Shown here: piece after piece, positions 12,251 to 24,430 of the stretch
Position numbering within the stretch: position 1 is the stretch's first letter
Layout: every line of letters begins with the position of its first letter
NCBI GenBank assembly: GCA_036172245.1
Contig: JAYWIR010000001.1
Span: forward strand, 6,510,001 to 6,574,000
Direction of reading: 5' to 3'
Source of the DNA: Raillietiella orientalis
Lineage: Eukaryota
DNA: 64,000 nt
The notes under the pieces: generated by a model
The model's input: only the letters and a program-made list of their open reading frames with translations
Databases searched by the model: none
What the model was told of the DNA's origin: nothing
Translations under genes and position numbers: made by a program

Positions 12251-13199
12251 CTTTGAAGGACGCACGGAGGGGAGGTGGAGAGCAAAGCGGGGGGAAGGGG
12301 AGGGTCGGAACGAACTTTCTCCCTTCCAGAGGGAGCTGCTGAGGACGAGGGCGCCGTCCGGAAGCCGCCAGCAGGCTGCGAAGCAATGATTCTCGGCACG
12401 GCTGACGGCGGTGGATCTTCGCCGCCTCGGCGCGCCATCACGCGCTCCTCGGCTGACCGGTCCCGACCTCTCGCCGCGAGCGACGGCTGTTCCGTTCCCG
12501 ATTGCTGCTCTGCTGCCTCGTATGCTCCGACCGGGCGGCTTTTTGCAAATTCTGGAACGCGCGAACCTGTGCGCTCTGGCTGCCCGCCGGAACCGTGCAG
12601 AAAGCCGAGGCAGGGAGCAGGAAGGCAACGCATCTCTCCCGGACTCCGGGGGAAGCCGCGGCGACCGCGTGTTCCCGGAATGGAGGTCTTCCATTTGCCT
12701 TCACGCTCGCCGCCAGAGGAATCCGCGTGCAGCGCGCGCACGCGCGCCACGGGAGGCGGGGGAGGGAGGGAGGGCTAAGCCGTTTGGGGAGGCGCTCTCT
12801 ACCGGGCGGGCGTGCCGTTCGTCCCAGCGCTTCCCGGCGGAGTCGGGGGTGCACCGGAAGCTTGCCCGGATCTGCCCTCATCTTCCTTTCCCTGCTGCTT
12901 GCGCCTTCGGGAGGCGTAGCGACCGGAGCGCTCCTGATTGGTCGACCTCTTGGCGGCAGGGCTACCCGAACGCACGCACGAGCGTTTCCCGCTTCCCCGC
13001 AGCATCCGTCTGACCCTTCCTTCCTCCAGGATCTCCGCCTCGCGGTAAGCCCGGGAGTTCTTTCCTCCATCAGAGGGGGCGACGTTCGGTTTAAAGGAAC
13101 TGCTGGGGGTTCTCGCTGGTCTCCAGGAGCGCGCCAGAAGGGGATGGGGAGGAGAAGGATAGGGAAGTTGGGCGGGGGGGGAGCAGAAAAAATACAAAC

Positions 13200-13500
13200 A
13201 GCAACAGAAAGGTCAAGTAATTAGCATGATGAGCTTTTAATCACGCGACGTAGAAAAGCTGGATTACTCTAATTAAATTACCACGGCTCGTTTGCATGGA
13301 AACGCACGCGACGTCGCCATTAAATTTTCTCATTGCCAAAAAAAAAAAAAAAAAAAAAAAGACGAAAAACCTTCCTCCCCAGGGTGATTCCGGCCCTCTC
13401 GGATGACCATAGATTCCTCATCATCATCCGGGCAGATCGCTGCTTCAGGTCACATGTGGATATCGCTCAATTAGCTAATTGATTTAATGGAAATTACAGC
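13200..13500. promoter_or_regulatory. Homeodomain-site-rich candidate enhancer
   Basis: Dense TAAT/ATTA cores in GC-rich surroundings, 16-bp palindrome TCAATTAGCTAATTGA (13467-13482), AGGTCA half-sites, TTTGCAT. Confidence 0.45.
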
Positions 13501-15029
13501 GTTCGTTCGCGCTGCTCGGAGGTGGCGGCAGCCTTCGGATGAGCGCGCGCGCGCGCGCGTTCCAAGATGGCGCTCGGTCTGCTCTTCGACGCCGCGAGCG
13601 GGGGCAGGCGCTTCCGCACGGTCTCCCGCGCGCGTCGCCTCCTTGGCAAGAGAAGCGCCCTCCGGATCCCCCAGGACGCCCCCGTACGTGCGCCGCAGGC
13701 GGCCTCGGCTCGCCCGCGCGCGAGGACACGCACTTCCCACGCCCACTGTGTCCTCCCCTCAGCCTTCTGGGGGCCCAGAGGGGGCAGCGCGCCGCCTCTG
13801 CCCTCAGGGTTGGGTGTGCTCGCGCGCCAATGCCCGGATGCGTTCGGCAGTTTCACAGAGGGCGTGTCAGCTGCCATCTGCGGGCGGAGGCCGCCGCGGT
13901 CCTTCTTGCGGTAGACCACGGCCCCCCCTCCTCCTATCGCTTCCATCCTGCATCGTTCGTTCCCCCGTGGGGCACAGGTGGCAGCCCTGAGCCTCACGGC
14001 GCGCCCTCATGGGTCAAGGTCGCACGATAGGTCGCTGGTCCTTTCCGGGAGAGCTACCGGTTAAAGGATGCGCCACTCAGGCATCCCGACATTCGGAGAG
14101 CGCGACCCTCGCCCACTGGGCTCCCTCCTCCCCGGTCTCTCTTCTCCCCACTTCTCGCCGTTGCCCGGGATACCTCCGCGCGTAGCGGCCACAGCAGCTC
14201 TTTCGGCTTCGGCGTCAGGGAGCTTCGAGACCAGCGGGCGATTGTTGGTCTAGCGCTTCCCCCCTCCCCCTCCTAGAAACGCGAGTTTCCTGCTTCCGCC
14301 GCCAGGGTAGCGCGAAGGGGGGGGAGAGAGCGGAGGCAGCCCGCGCGCAAACGACACCGAGGAAGAGGCGGGACTCGCCGTTCAGGGATGAGCGCACGGA
14401 TGGGCGCAGGTCACTTCCAGGCGGCCCTCAACCTGCCCTCTACCCCTTCCCCCTTCAAGCACGGGGACTCGCGGGTTTGTTCTCCCACAAGCGGCTGCGG
14501 CCGGTCGGACGCGCCGTCCCGAGAGCTATAGCCTGTGCCCGACGTTCCGCTGGGCTGGACGCGAGCTGTCCCTACCCGCCCTCCAGCCACCCCGAGGACC
14601 GGTACGACCAGGAGGGGCAGACGGGCCGTTGCATCTTCTTCAATCCCGGTCATCTTCCCGATGGCGCGTTGACGTTTGCAGCGCCGGAGCCGAGAGGCTC
14701 AAAGGTTTCCTGGAAACGGCCTCCGTGCGTGTCTTTCTTCCCCTTTCCTCCCCACTTCCTCCGCTTTTTCTCTCGGAGGAGGAGGAGGAGGACGGGAGAG
14801 CGAGACGCAGGGTCCTTTGGTCGCTCTCAAAGTGCGCGTTTTCCATGGCTAAGCTCCCCCTATGCGGGTCGGGAGCAGGGCAAGGACTGCCGGCGTGACG
14901 TCCAAGAGATCGATGCCTCGTCGTGAATGCCGCGACCCTCTCCCCCTCCCTCCGGACCGCAGAGCCTCGAGGGCGCCGCCGAATCGATGCGCCTCGTCAC
15001 TGGCGCGGGCGCGTTCGCGTTCAGAGAGC

Positions 15030-15600
15030 TCCAGGTCTGGTCCTGAGCCTCGAGCCCCCATTTCCCCCTTTCCCCTTTCTCCACCTCCGGAGGAGAGCAG
15101 CGCGTCATTCAGAGAGGGAACAGGGAAGCCGGGGGACGTCGTCTTGGAAACGGGGAAGTGCGGGCAAGGGAACCTACTCCTCCTTGATCTCTTCGACGTT
15201 AGGAGCCGCCGGAGAGCGCCCCTCCCCCCCCCCTTCTCGACCTCCTCTGCAACGGCCGCTTCACTCGAATTTCCCCGCTGCAATGCTCGGGAAGCCTCCA
15301 GGTTCGCTATGGTCTCGCGAGGCCCTGCGCGCCGCAGAGCCAGCGCCGTCAGTCAGCTCGGTGTCGGTGCCTTGCCGGCATCCCCTCGAGGAGTCAAAGT
15401 CCTCCACCACCCCCTCACCCCTTCCTTCTTCCCTTCGGCTCGGGGGGCCACTCTCGGGTCTTGCTCTTTCGCAGGACCGGCCTGTCACAGGTCGGTCCTC
15501 TACTCTGTGGCCCGGCAAATCTGGGACGAGGAAGTCGACCCTGCGCAGCATCCTGAGCGACCCCACCGTGGTCGCCGCGGGCGACAAGTCGCCTTCGCCT
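15030..15600 (-). mobile_element. Possible RNase H-domain relic of a non-LTR element
   Basis: TDGAGSAARRAS and LEASRALQRGNSSEAAVAE loosely echo the TDSxSAL and WxPxHxGxxGNExAD RNase H motifs. Heavily decayed. Confidence 0.25.
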
Positions 15601-18049
15601 GACTACCATGGTGGCGAGTGGTGTCTCTGGAGATGAGCGGGACGGCCGCCCTTCTGGTGCTGCCCTCCCCCAACCTCCGCGCCCACGCACCCCTGATCTA
15701 GCGATGGCCTTTGCTCTCCCTGCCGAGGGAATGGTCAGGGAGGTTGCGACTGACCACCTCCTAGGGACACGGACTAACCGCGGCCTCCACTCACGCAGGT
15801 GGAGACGGTGACGGCAGACGAGGGGCAAGCGCTGCCTACCTCCTATACCCCCCGTCTAAGCCGCGGCAGACCGTCGTCTCCATCGCAACCGGTCCAATCC
15901 AGGAAGGTCCCATCCACGCGCTGCCTGTCACTGGTATCCCTCGACCTCGTCCTCCCCTCTCCCAGGAAGACGTGTACAGGGTGGAGCTCCCCTTCGGGAT
16001 CGTCTTTTGGCGCTGCCCTGAGACTCTCCCGCGCCGCGGCAGGAGGGACGTCCCTAGGGAGGGCGGCTTTCCGGAACAGCAGAGGCAGCTCGCCTCCCTC
16101 TCCTTCCTCGTGCAGGGAGGTTCGCCCCTGAAACCATCCTTCTCTCGAGGCGGCTTTCCTGCCGGTGATGCAGGTGCACCTCAATCTTCTTCCTGCTCAC
16201 GCGTGTTCCGCCTCGGAAAGAAAAAGCGAGTTCGCCCCTGGGGGTGCTATCGCCCCACCTCCCGCGGGGAAGAGTGGCTTTTGCGCCAGTCACCGGGAAG
16301 AAGGGCTGCACGGAGAGGAGTTGCCCTGGCTCGGTCGCCGCCGCCTCCGGCGGTCCTTGACGCAGAATTCCGCGAGCCTCCGCGCGACGCATCTTCCGCA
16401 AGCCGAGCAGACGCTGTCTTCACCCAAGCCGCAGAGCTGTCTTCCCCTCCCTCTCGTCTCGAGAGGACTACCCTTTCACCTTGCCCTGGAGGTAGGGAGC
16501 GGGTCGTCTCTGGAGCGCCTGCTGTCTCCTGGGAAAGCGGTCGAGACTGGGCGCAGTCTACTATTAGCACCCATTCGTGCCTACCACTGCCAACGCTTGC
16601 TGGCTGCAGGTAGCGCTCGAGACGACGGCGTTCGGACGCCAACCAATGAGAGCAGGGCGCGGACGCGGCTCCGACCGGCTGCCACGGAACCACGCAGAGC
16701 TCCCCGTGCCTGCTTGGGGATCCCAGCTCAGCCTGAGCTCCGAAGTCCCGAGCGCTATTGCGTGGTCGCCCTTCCGGGTCATGCAGATGACCACTCGGTG
16801 CGGACAGGTGCGAATGCCATCCGCGGCGTGCCGGCTAAAGCGCTGCGGTGCGCGTGCGCAGTTTCCGCCTTGCCGCGTCTCGCGCGGTTGCCACGAGCCC
16901 GGCATCCCATTTCGCGCACTCACAGTCTCGCCAAAGCGGCAGGCCCCGCTGCCGCTGGCTGCGGAGGGGTCCGCGGAGCGCGCGGTCAGCGGTCAGCCTG
17001 CAGGCAAGAACCTGCCTGCCGGAGAGATCCGCTGATCGCCGCCCGAGCATCTGGGGAGAAGTCATGCGCCATCTTCGCCGCCGCTCGTCCCGCCAACCAC
17101 ACGCCACGGAAGCTGCGCGCGCGTCGCACGCGGGGCAGCCCTCCTGACTTCTGCCTTGGGCGCGGCGAGCCCTCTCGATGCGGCCGGCCCATGTAGGATG
17201 CTCAAGAGACCAGCTCGCAGCCTCGAGCGCAAGCCATCTCCGCGCCAACGTCGGGCGGAGGGGCAGCGCCGGAATGCGGGCCATCCCTTTCAGCGGTTCA
17301 GCTGTGCCGGATGAAAGGGAATAGATGTGCATCTTCTCCGTCATCTTCTTCCTCCTCCGTGCCTGGGAAGTCCTGAAATCGTCTCTGAGCATCCCCCCTG
17401 CCCGCGTGCGCGCACCAGCTGGTGGCCGCTTCTCTCGGACCTCGAGCTTCTGGGTCACCCCCCTTCGTGGAGGGAGCCCCAGTTCGTGGGTCTGATGGGT
17501 GCCACGGTCTTATCAGGGGCGACCACTGGTGGAGTCCCGTTCTGCCGGGGTGAAGCTGCAGGATCCCTAGCTCCGCCATCATTTCTTCGAGGGGCCAACT
17601 GTTGTGGTCCTGGAGCGGGGCCTTTTGCGTTCACCGGGATGACCGTTCTTCCTCCACGGCCAGGCTGAGATTCAGCATCTCCTGCAGCCCGGCAAGACAT
17701 CCGGCAGCATACCAGAGGTATCTTCTGGCAGCGCCCGCTCAAGTCACCGCCTTGTCCGTTCGGAGACCCGGCACGGATGCGCATGGTCGAAACATCGGGA
17801 AGTGGCGGTCGTGGTGGTCTTCATCCCCGGCGGCGCATCCTCCCAGCAGGAATCCCAAGCAGTGCTCCAGAGCACCCTGCGAACATCCTCCGCGCACGAG
17901 GATGTTCGCGTCTTTTATTATTATTATGTTTTCCTTTTTTCTCGGTGCGCGTCTCGGTTTCTCAGCGAGCCACTCCCCTCCTCCCTCCCTCTCTCCTGGA
18001 AGAATGGGACTGCTTTCGCACAGCCCGGGAAAAAAAAAGGGGGCAGATG

Positions 18050-19100
18050 ACCACTCGATGCGGAGGGGTAGCGTACCGTGTGCGCCGCTCATCGATGCGG
18101 AGGTGTTCGACCTGGGGATGGTCCAGGACGCGATCCCTCCCGTTACAGCAAGCTTCTCACCTACAAGCGCAGCTTCCCACCGGGGCCACTCCCTGCGGAC
18201 GAAGGCAACGAGCAGGAGCGTCCGCCGGCACACACGGGACGCGCGCGGAAATCCCCCGGGAACGACCCCGACGGTAGGTCGGCGCGTCCGCCACGCGAAA
18301 GATGGGATCGGCTCTTGGCAGCCGGGCAATGAGACTCTCGGAAACTCTCGCTGCAAGAGGGCCTGCCGGGGCCTCTGGCGCTCCTTGCGGGGACCGCGAG
18401 CATCACGTCCTCGTGCGCGCCCAGCTGCATCCGCTGTCACGCGCGCGGCATCCGTTGCAGAGGTGACGACGGTTCCAGGCTGATATGAAAATCAGTCTGG
18501 GACCAGCAATCTCTGCAGGTGATGAACCCCGAGGGCGCACGCCGGGGAGAAGAAGCAGTTCGGCACGACTTCCGGATCTTCTTCGGCGCCGAGCAAAGCT
18601 GGGCGCCAGGAAAGGCGGTTGCAGGGCGGAAGCTGCGAGGCCTCGGAGACCTCGGGCGTCCTGAATTTCGGCGCCTTGGCATGGGGAAAACTCCGCTCGT
18701 CAAAGGATGCAGGTCTGAGCCGCAGGTGGCCACCTCGCCTGCATCGGGCGACGTCGGCGTTGGCGTGGCAACCCGCCGTGAAGGCAACTGCCGGCCCAGC
18801 TTCCCTCCCTTCCAAACATGCCAGTTGGCTCGAGTTTCTTCGCCGAGTGCCCAGCCTTTTCGCCTCCAGACCGCGAGCTGATGCTCAAACACCAGACATG
18901 CAGCGTTAAAGATGCCAACACTCTGTTATGAACGACAACGACGACAGTAACCATAACAACTTCCCTATTGATTGCCGCACCTTTTTCCACCTGGATATGG
19001 CGGGAAAGCCTTCATCCGGCTCCCGATGAAGCCTTCCAGCCGGTCCGCCACCGAACGCGCAGAACTTGCCAGCCGGGTCACTACTTCTGCGGCGGGAAAT
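18050..19100 (+). mobile_element. Degenerate non-LTR RT relic (I/Jockey/R1-like)
   Basis: LIDAEVFDLGMV (LDxxKAFD-like), EIPRERP (GxPQG-like) and GVLNFGALAWG (LDYGxxVW-like) occur in the expected order with frameshifts. Confidence 0.35.
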
Positions 19101-21515
19101 CCTTGGAATGTGCCGGCCACCAGTTCGAGGGACGATCCATCCTGCTCTCTGGACCGGGAGGGCCTCACAGTCATCTGTCCGATCGCATCTTCGCGCGGGC
19201 GATCTCAGTGAAGGGGGGGGGCGGGGATGGGCAGGTCTCCATGACCCCAGCTGTACCGCGCGGCGCGATGCCCACGGCGGCGTGGCCCGTTCGCCCGCTT
19301 TGCCCCCCGCACACCGAGCTGGCCCTGAGCACAAACACCTTGGCGGAATCGGGGGCGGCGAGCGCGCGCGTGCGATTCGCCCGTGGTGCGGTGGCTGCCG
19401 ACAGTCGAGCGGGTGCAAACCACCTTCCTTCTTGGATCACGAGCAGTCCACGCGCGCTCCAGCGGCGCTCCTTTCCGATCAGGGCTGCGCCGCCGCTCCT
19501 ATTCCTCTCCTCTCCTTCCCGCCTCTTTCTCTGCGTCTATTTTTCATCCGCGCGCCCAAAAGGTTTCATCCGCGCATCCAGACTCCCGGGATCGCAGACT
19601 CGCTTGCTCAAAGCAAGATAAATGCGAGCACTCCAACGCAGTTGACCGGGTCGCGTCGGCGCTGGAGGGGCGGCGTGTTGAGACGCGGATACGCGCCTTT
19701 GTTTGCTCACCGGGGCGCATTCGGAGCAGCTCCCCGTGGGATCGGTCTCTTGGATGCGACGTGCGGGTGGCCGAAGCAGTAAAGCCGCGCGCCAGAAGAT
19801 CTTTCCACGAACGACTCCCTCAAAGCAGGGAAGACGCCCCCTCCCCTCACCCATCCTTTCCCGGATCAGCAAGCAGTCTCTTCCATCGCGCGCACGCTGT
19901 ACCGCTCATGCCTGAAGGGACTCTGGAACGTCGAGGAGGCGCCGCCGCCGAGGTCGCCTCTGAATCCGGCGGCAGCAATTGCGATCGCAGCTGCCCGGTC
20001 CCCCGTGGAATCCGGGCAGCTCTCCATTCCCGCTCGCCCTCGAGCGCTCCCGTCATTATTCCACGAGAAAGGGGCGCGCGCGTCCCCGAACCGGACCCCG
20101 CGCGTTTCTTCCCTCCACGTTCCAGTCCGCGAGGCGAGCGGCGAGTGCCACTCCTTTCCGAACTGCAAGCCCCCCTCCTCCCCCCCTCGCGCTTTAGCCC
20201 TCGACGGTACAGCCTGCGCCGCCTGGTAAGGCGAACCCGAAGCGGACTGCCGCCGCTTCTACGATGAGGGCACCCCGGCCGAGAGTTCTGACGCTGCCCT
20301 GGGGGCTGTCAACTTCCCGCGCGAGACGGCGTCCTCAGGGCGGCGCTGATGAATGGCGTGTTGCGCGCGCGCGGAGCGCTGCAGCACGCGTTGTTCCCCT
20401 CCGTCCGGAGACTTCAGAATGCAGACGGATTTGCAACCGGGAGGAGCAATCCAAAACGCGAAAGCCCTGCGCAAGAAACGGTCATGCATCATCGAGTGGC
20501 TCGCATGCCTCTTTTCCGGGCTGCCGGGGGTCCCCGGTTTTCCTGCGCTCCCATTGGACGACCCGGCCGCGGACCACTCGTCCACAATGGAAGGCGGATA
20601 ATGGATTCGAGATGAAAAAGGATCACTCCTGCCTGAGCGACGCTTTCCGTCATTAACAGGCAGCTGAAAGATGGATGCGAGGTGACTTTAGAAACGCAGT
20701 CGAGGCGTGGAAAGACCTGCTAGTCAGGAGCAGGAAGACAAATACAGCGGCCGTTAACACCTGCGCCTGCTCTCTGTGACGGAGGAGGTTTGCACCGAGA
20801 GGCCGAGAGAAAAATGCTCGAAGGTGTATTTCGGGCTCGGAAACGCCTCATCCTTCATCTGGTTTTTTTTTTGACCCTTGAAGGCGTCACCTTCGAATCT
20901 GCACCTCTTCCGCACTGGGAGGGGGGGGGGGAGGGGTTCCTTTTCTTTCGTGAACGCTGAATGCCGGGAGCTCCCAGCATTCAGCGACCCCAGTGGGGGC
21001 GCAGAGGGGCTCGCTTGGATGGGTGGGGTGCGGGATTCCCTGAAGCGAGGAACGCCGAGGACAGGGAGGTGCTCATGATGGACTCGGCGGAAATGCACCC
21101 CGGTGAAATGAATACTCTGCCGAGCTATCCCACCTTCCGTAGCATCTGCAGGAGAAGCCAGTGGACGGAGATGTCGGGGGAAAGAAACCCTTCTTCCGAC
21201 CTTCCCCCGGTTCAGTGCCTCATCTCTGCTTTCCAACACGTCGAAGCCGGCTTCTCTTTCGTCATGACAACCCAATTCTCAGCTGAAAGAGCGTTTTGGA
21301 CCGGATACTGCGTGAGGAACGAAGTCTGTTGATTTCCGCTGCCCCAGCAAGCCAGCAGCCCTTCTAGAAAGGTCTCTCCTTCTTGGCCCCTTTGCTTCCG
21401 CGGTTCTATATTCCTCCCAACCGAAGCGGCATCCATACTCTGGCAGGTGGATCGGGATGCAATGTGAGCAGGTGAGCGCCTCTTTACAGAGTGTGCACAC
21501 AAGGAAGCAAGCAAA

Positions 21516-21833
21516 AAGCGATTCCCTGCGGGAAGCTGCAGCACCCCTTCTGAGTTTCGGAAGCGTCCCTTCGGGATTCTCTTCAGAGGAGTGAACAGGA
21601 GCGGTTCCCTTGCGGGTTCCCTCTGGAGAAGAAATTCCTACAAGCGGATCCTTTCCGGGTTCCCTTCGGAGAAGTTGAAATGGAGATGACCATCCCCCGC
21701 AAGGGGGATGTCCCTCCGGAGAGAATGAGGGAGGAGATTCCCTTCGTGGTTCCCCTTCGGAGACAACTAGGGTGGAGGTGCGGTCCCCCGTCCGGGGGGG
21801 AATCCCTTCCCCAAGCGTGAGAGGAACGGACTC
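21516..21833. repeat. Tandem array A of ~40-nt double-hairpin units
   Basis: About 7 units of form GGAG(C)G-[hairpin]-TTCCCTTCGGAGA-spacer. 21559-21603 matches 29532-29576 at 37/45. Confidence 0.85.
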
Positions 21834-24430
21834 TGAGCCCTTCCTGGATTCTTTGTAAATGAATGAGCCATTGTAGCGTGACTGAAAAAAAGGATAAATA
21901 AACTCACCCCACCCCTTGTGGGACTAGGGGAAACTGCAAGGTGAGCAGGTGCGAAGCCTCTCGACGGCAGAAGATCCGCCAAAAGGACGCCCCGCTTTCG
22001 AGAGTTCGGATTCAAAGGATTGCCGTCGCAAAGAAGCAGGCCTTGGGCATCTGCCGAAGCAACACAAAAATCTCCATCCCGCCTGGAAGAAGGCGTGGAA
22101 GAGCGTTTGTAGAAACGGTGGATGGAAACGATGTTGATAATGAAAACGAGAATTCTGACGTAGTCGCCGGGGATTTGTTGATGTTCGATTCATTCATCCC
22201 TTTGATGTAGGTGAATGGGTTGAAATTAGTGCTGGCTGGATGATATCAAAATTAAATTTTAGGAGGCAAAATCCTGACAACTACGGATGAAAGCCACAAC
22301 ACAACAGAAGACAAAAAGACATAATCACCATGGACCACCTCACTTCCAAGTGCTCGAGTGTTTATACGCTGCTATGCAATGTTTAGAGCAGCGATGAGTG
22401 TAATGCTATGCAATTTCTTGCGTCTGCCGTAATGTTTGGGCTTAAAATCATTTAGTAATTTAGCAAGGATGCCAAGCCTACCGAGGTGCTAAGTTCGATG
22501 ACAATGGCCAAATTGTAGCAATTCAGACAAGGAGTCCACACTCATTATGATTCTTATTATAAGCTAACTTTTTTTCCCTTCGAAAACCCAGACTACCGAG
22601 TTCCCTCCCTGATTGGCCGAGCAGTTCATTTACTCGATCGTCGTTAAAGTTGTTATACATCACTTAACTTCCTCGGCCCCACATTTTCAATTTTGGAAGT
22701 AGCAACTGACGAAAGACCTTCAGAATGTTGACATAAACTTATTTTCCGTCTAATTCCACCTTTCCTGGCCCGAGAATCATTCCATCTGACCTACGTGGTT
22801 CCCCAGAGTGGCACAGGTGGCAGCCGCCGACAGGAATGGCATCCTTCCCTTCAGATCTTCCACTCTGGATTCTCTCATCAGCGAAAGATGCTTGCCGGGT
22901 GCGCACAGTACGTCCACGGGACTCTTACTTTTTTGTCACTCGCTTTGATTCGCATCCACTTTGCGCATTCTTTCTTCTTTTTTTTTTTTTTTTTTTTTTT
23001 TTTTTGCGTTCTTTCTTTCTTTTGTTTTCGGTTAACCGAATTTTCAGTTAGAACTCGGTCTCAATTAGTTCAGATTACAGAGACGAAAATATTAAAAACG
23101 AGATGAAGGATATAACGACCCCGATTATCAGATGCCGGCAAAATTGTGCGATGCAGAAACGAAATCGTTTCACGATCAGGCCAACTGGTAGGAAGACAAT
23201 GGAGCTGGCAGCAGTCGCCTAAGCAACGCTGGCCAATGACTTTGGTAGCTTGGAAGACCGGATGCCTTCATAAGTGAGATGAAAGGCTGAGGCTTGTTGA
23301 CAAGTCCAACATTAATGACACTTGATGACAATCCTAATGCAATGATTGGGAGATTCACAATCGCTGGGGCTTGCTGCAATTCTTCGGTACGAAAAATTGT
23401 AGCTCGATCGTTATTAAGATACTTTTACGGCTGACAAGTAACGGGAAGCGGCCTCCAACGCACATTAAACAAATATTAAGAAGCAATGCAGGAAAACTGC
23501 TTTCAGCAGACTCTGCAGGCAGCGAATTTGTCGAAAGCCAAGCTGGACGTGAACCGGTGAACTGGGGGAGGGGGGGATGGAAAAGCGGTCAAGAGAGGTC
23601 TCCTTTCAAACAAGGTGCAACACTGCATCGACTCGATTAAGGCCGTATGCGAGGACAGGGATCGCACATCGGCAGACTGCAGATGATGACGATTCCCTCC
23701 TTGCATCTTTTTAGTCCCTCCTTGCAGACTGCAAAGGTTATTTTTTCCCGTTCCTGGACAATCACTTGCAAGAAGAGAAACAAAAAGGGGGAAAAATCTC
23801 GAGATTTCTTAAACCCCCCCCCCTCCCCCACATTTCTTGATTCCAACATAAGGAAATGACTTATTTTTGCCGCCCATGACCTTGTCGTCATTAGACAAGT
23901 GGAATCGAAATCAGTTACTTAATTACAGGAAATATGCGGGCTCCCCACTCGTATGCTCTCTAGTAAGTAATGAAGTGTCATTACTTCAAATTACTGCAGG
24001 CACTTGTTGGTTTCGTTTCCAGACCTGCATGGATACCACACTGCGGTCCGGAATACTGAGCAACGCTGTGTTTCCGAAGCGAATGCCATTCTCTGGTGCA
24101 TCAGTTCCAACAGTTGCATTTACAGTTCAACTTCACGTATACTTCGAAAAAACACAAAACACAAAACAAAAACCAGAAAAACAAAAAGAAAAGAAAAAAA
24201 AAACACGAAAACAGAAACCATACAATGGCAGGCACACCGGACAGTCAATGTTGGGAATTCGGCAAGTACGTCCTCTCGGGTATTGCATGTCGCGCGCCGC
24301 AACGACACGGATAAGTACGAAAAGCTTTCTCTTTCGCTAAAATGGAATGTCGGATGTGAAATCGCTAGGAACCTCCACGAACGCGAAGTTTATTATTATA
24401 GGATCTGAAAATCAATTACATGGCTTATTG

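Noticed and set aside
1..21500. Dozens of long overlapping ORFs (up to 374 aa) rich in R/G/P/A
   Set aside because: Expected from stop-codon scarcity in very GC-rich DNA. They are open in several frames and both strands with no domain signal, apart from the bHLH exon and TE remnants.
21516..21833. Hairpin arrays as CRISPR arrays or bacterial terminators
   Set aside because: Eukaryotic context, no identical repeats with unique spacers, no cas genes, no U-tracts after the hairpins.
22978..23005. Long poly(T) run and other homopolymers
   Set aside because: Common throughout the window and not linked to a recognisable processed transcript.
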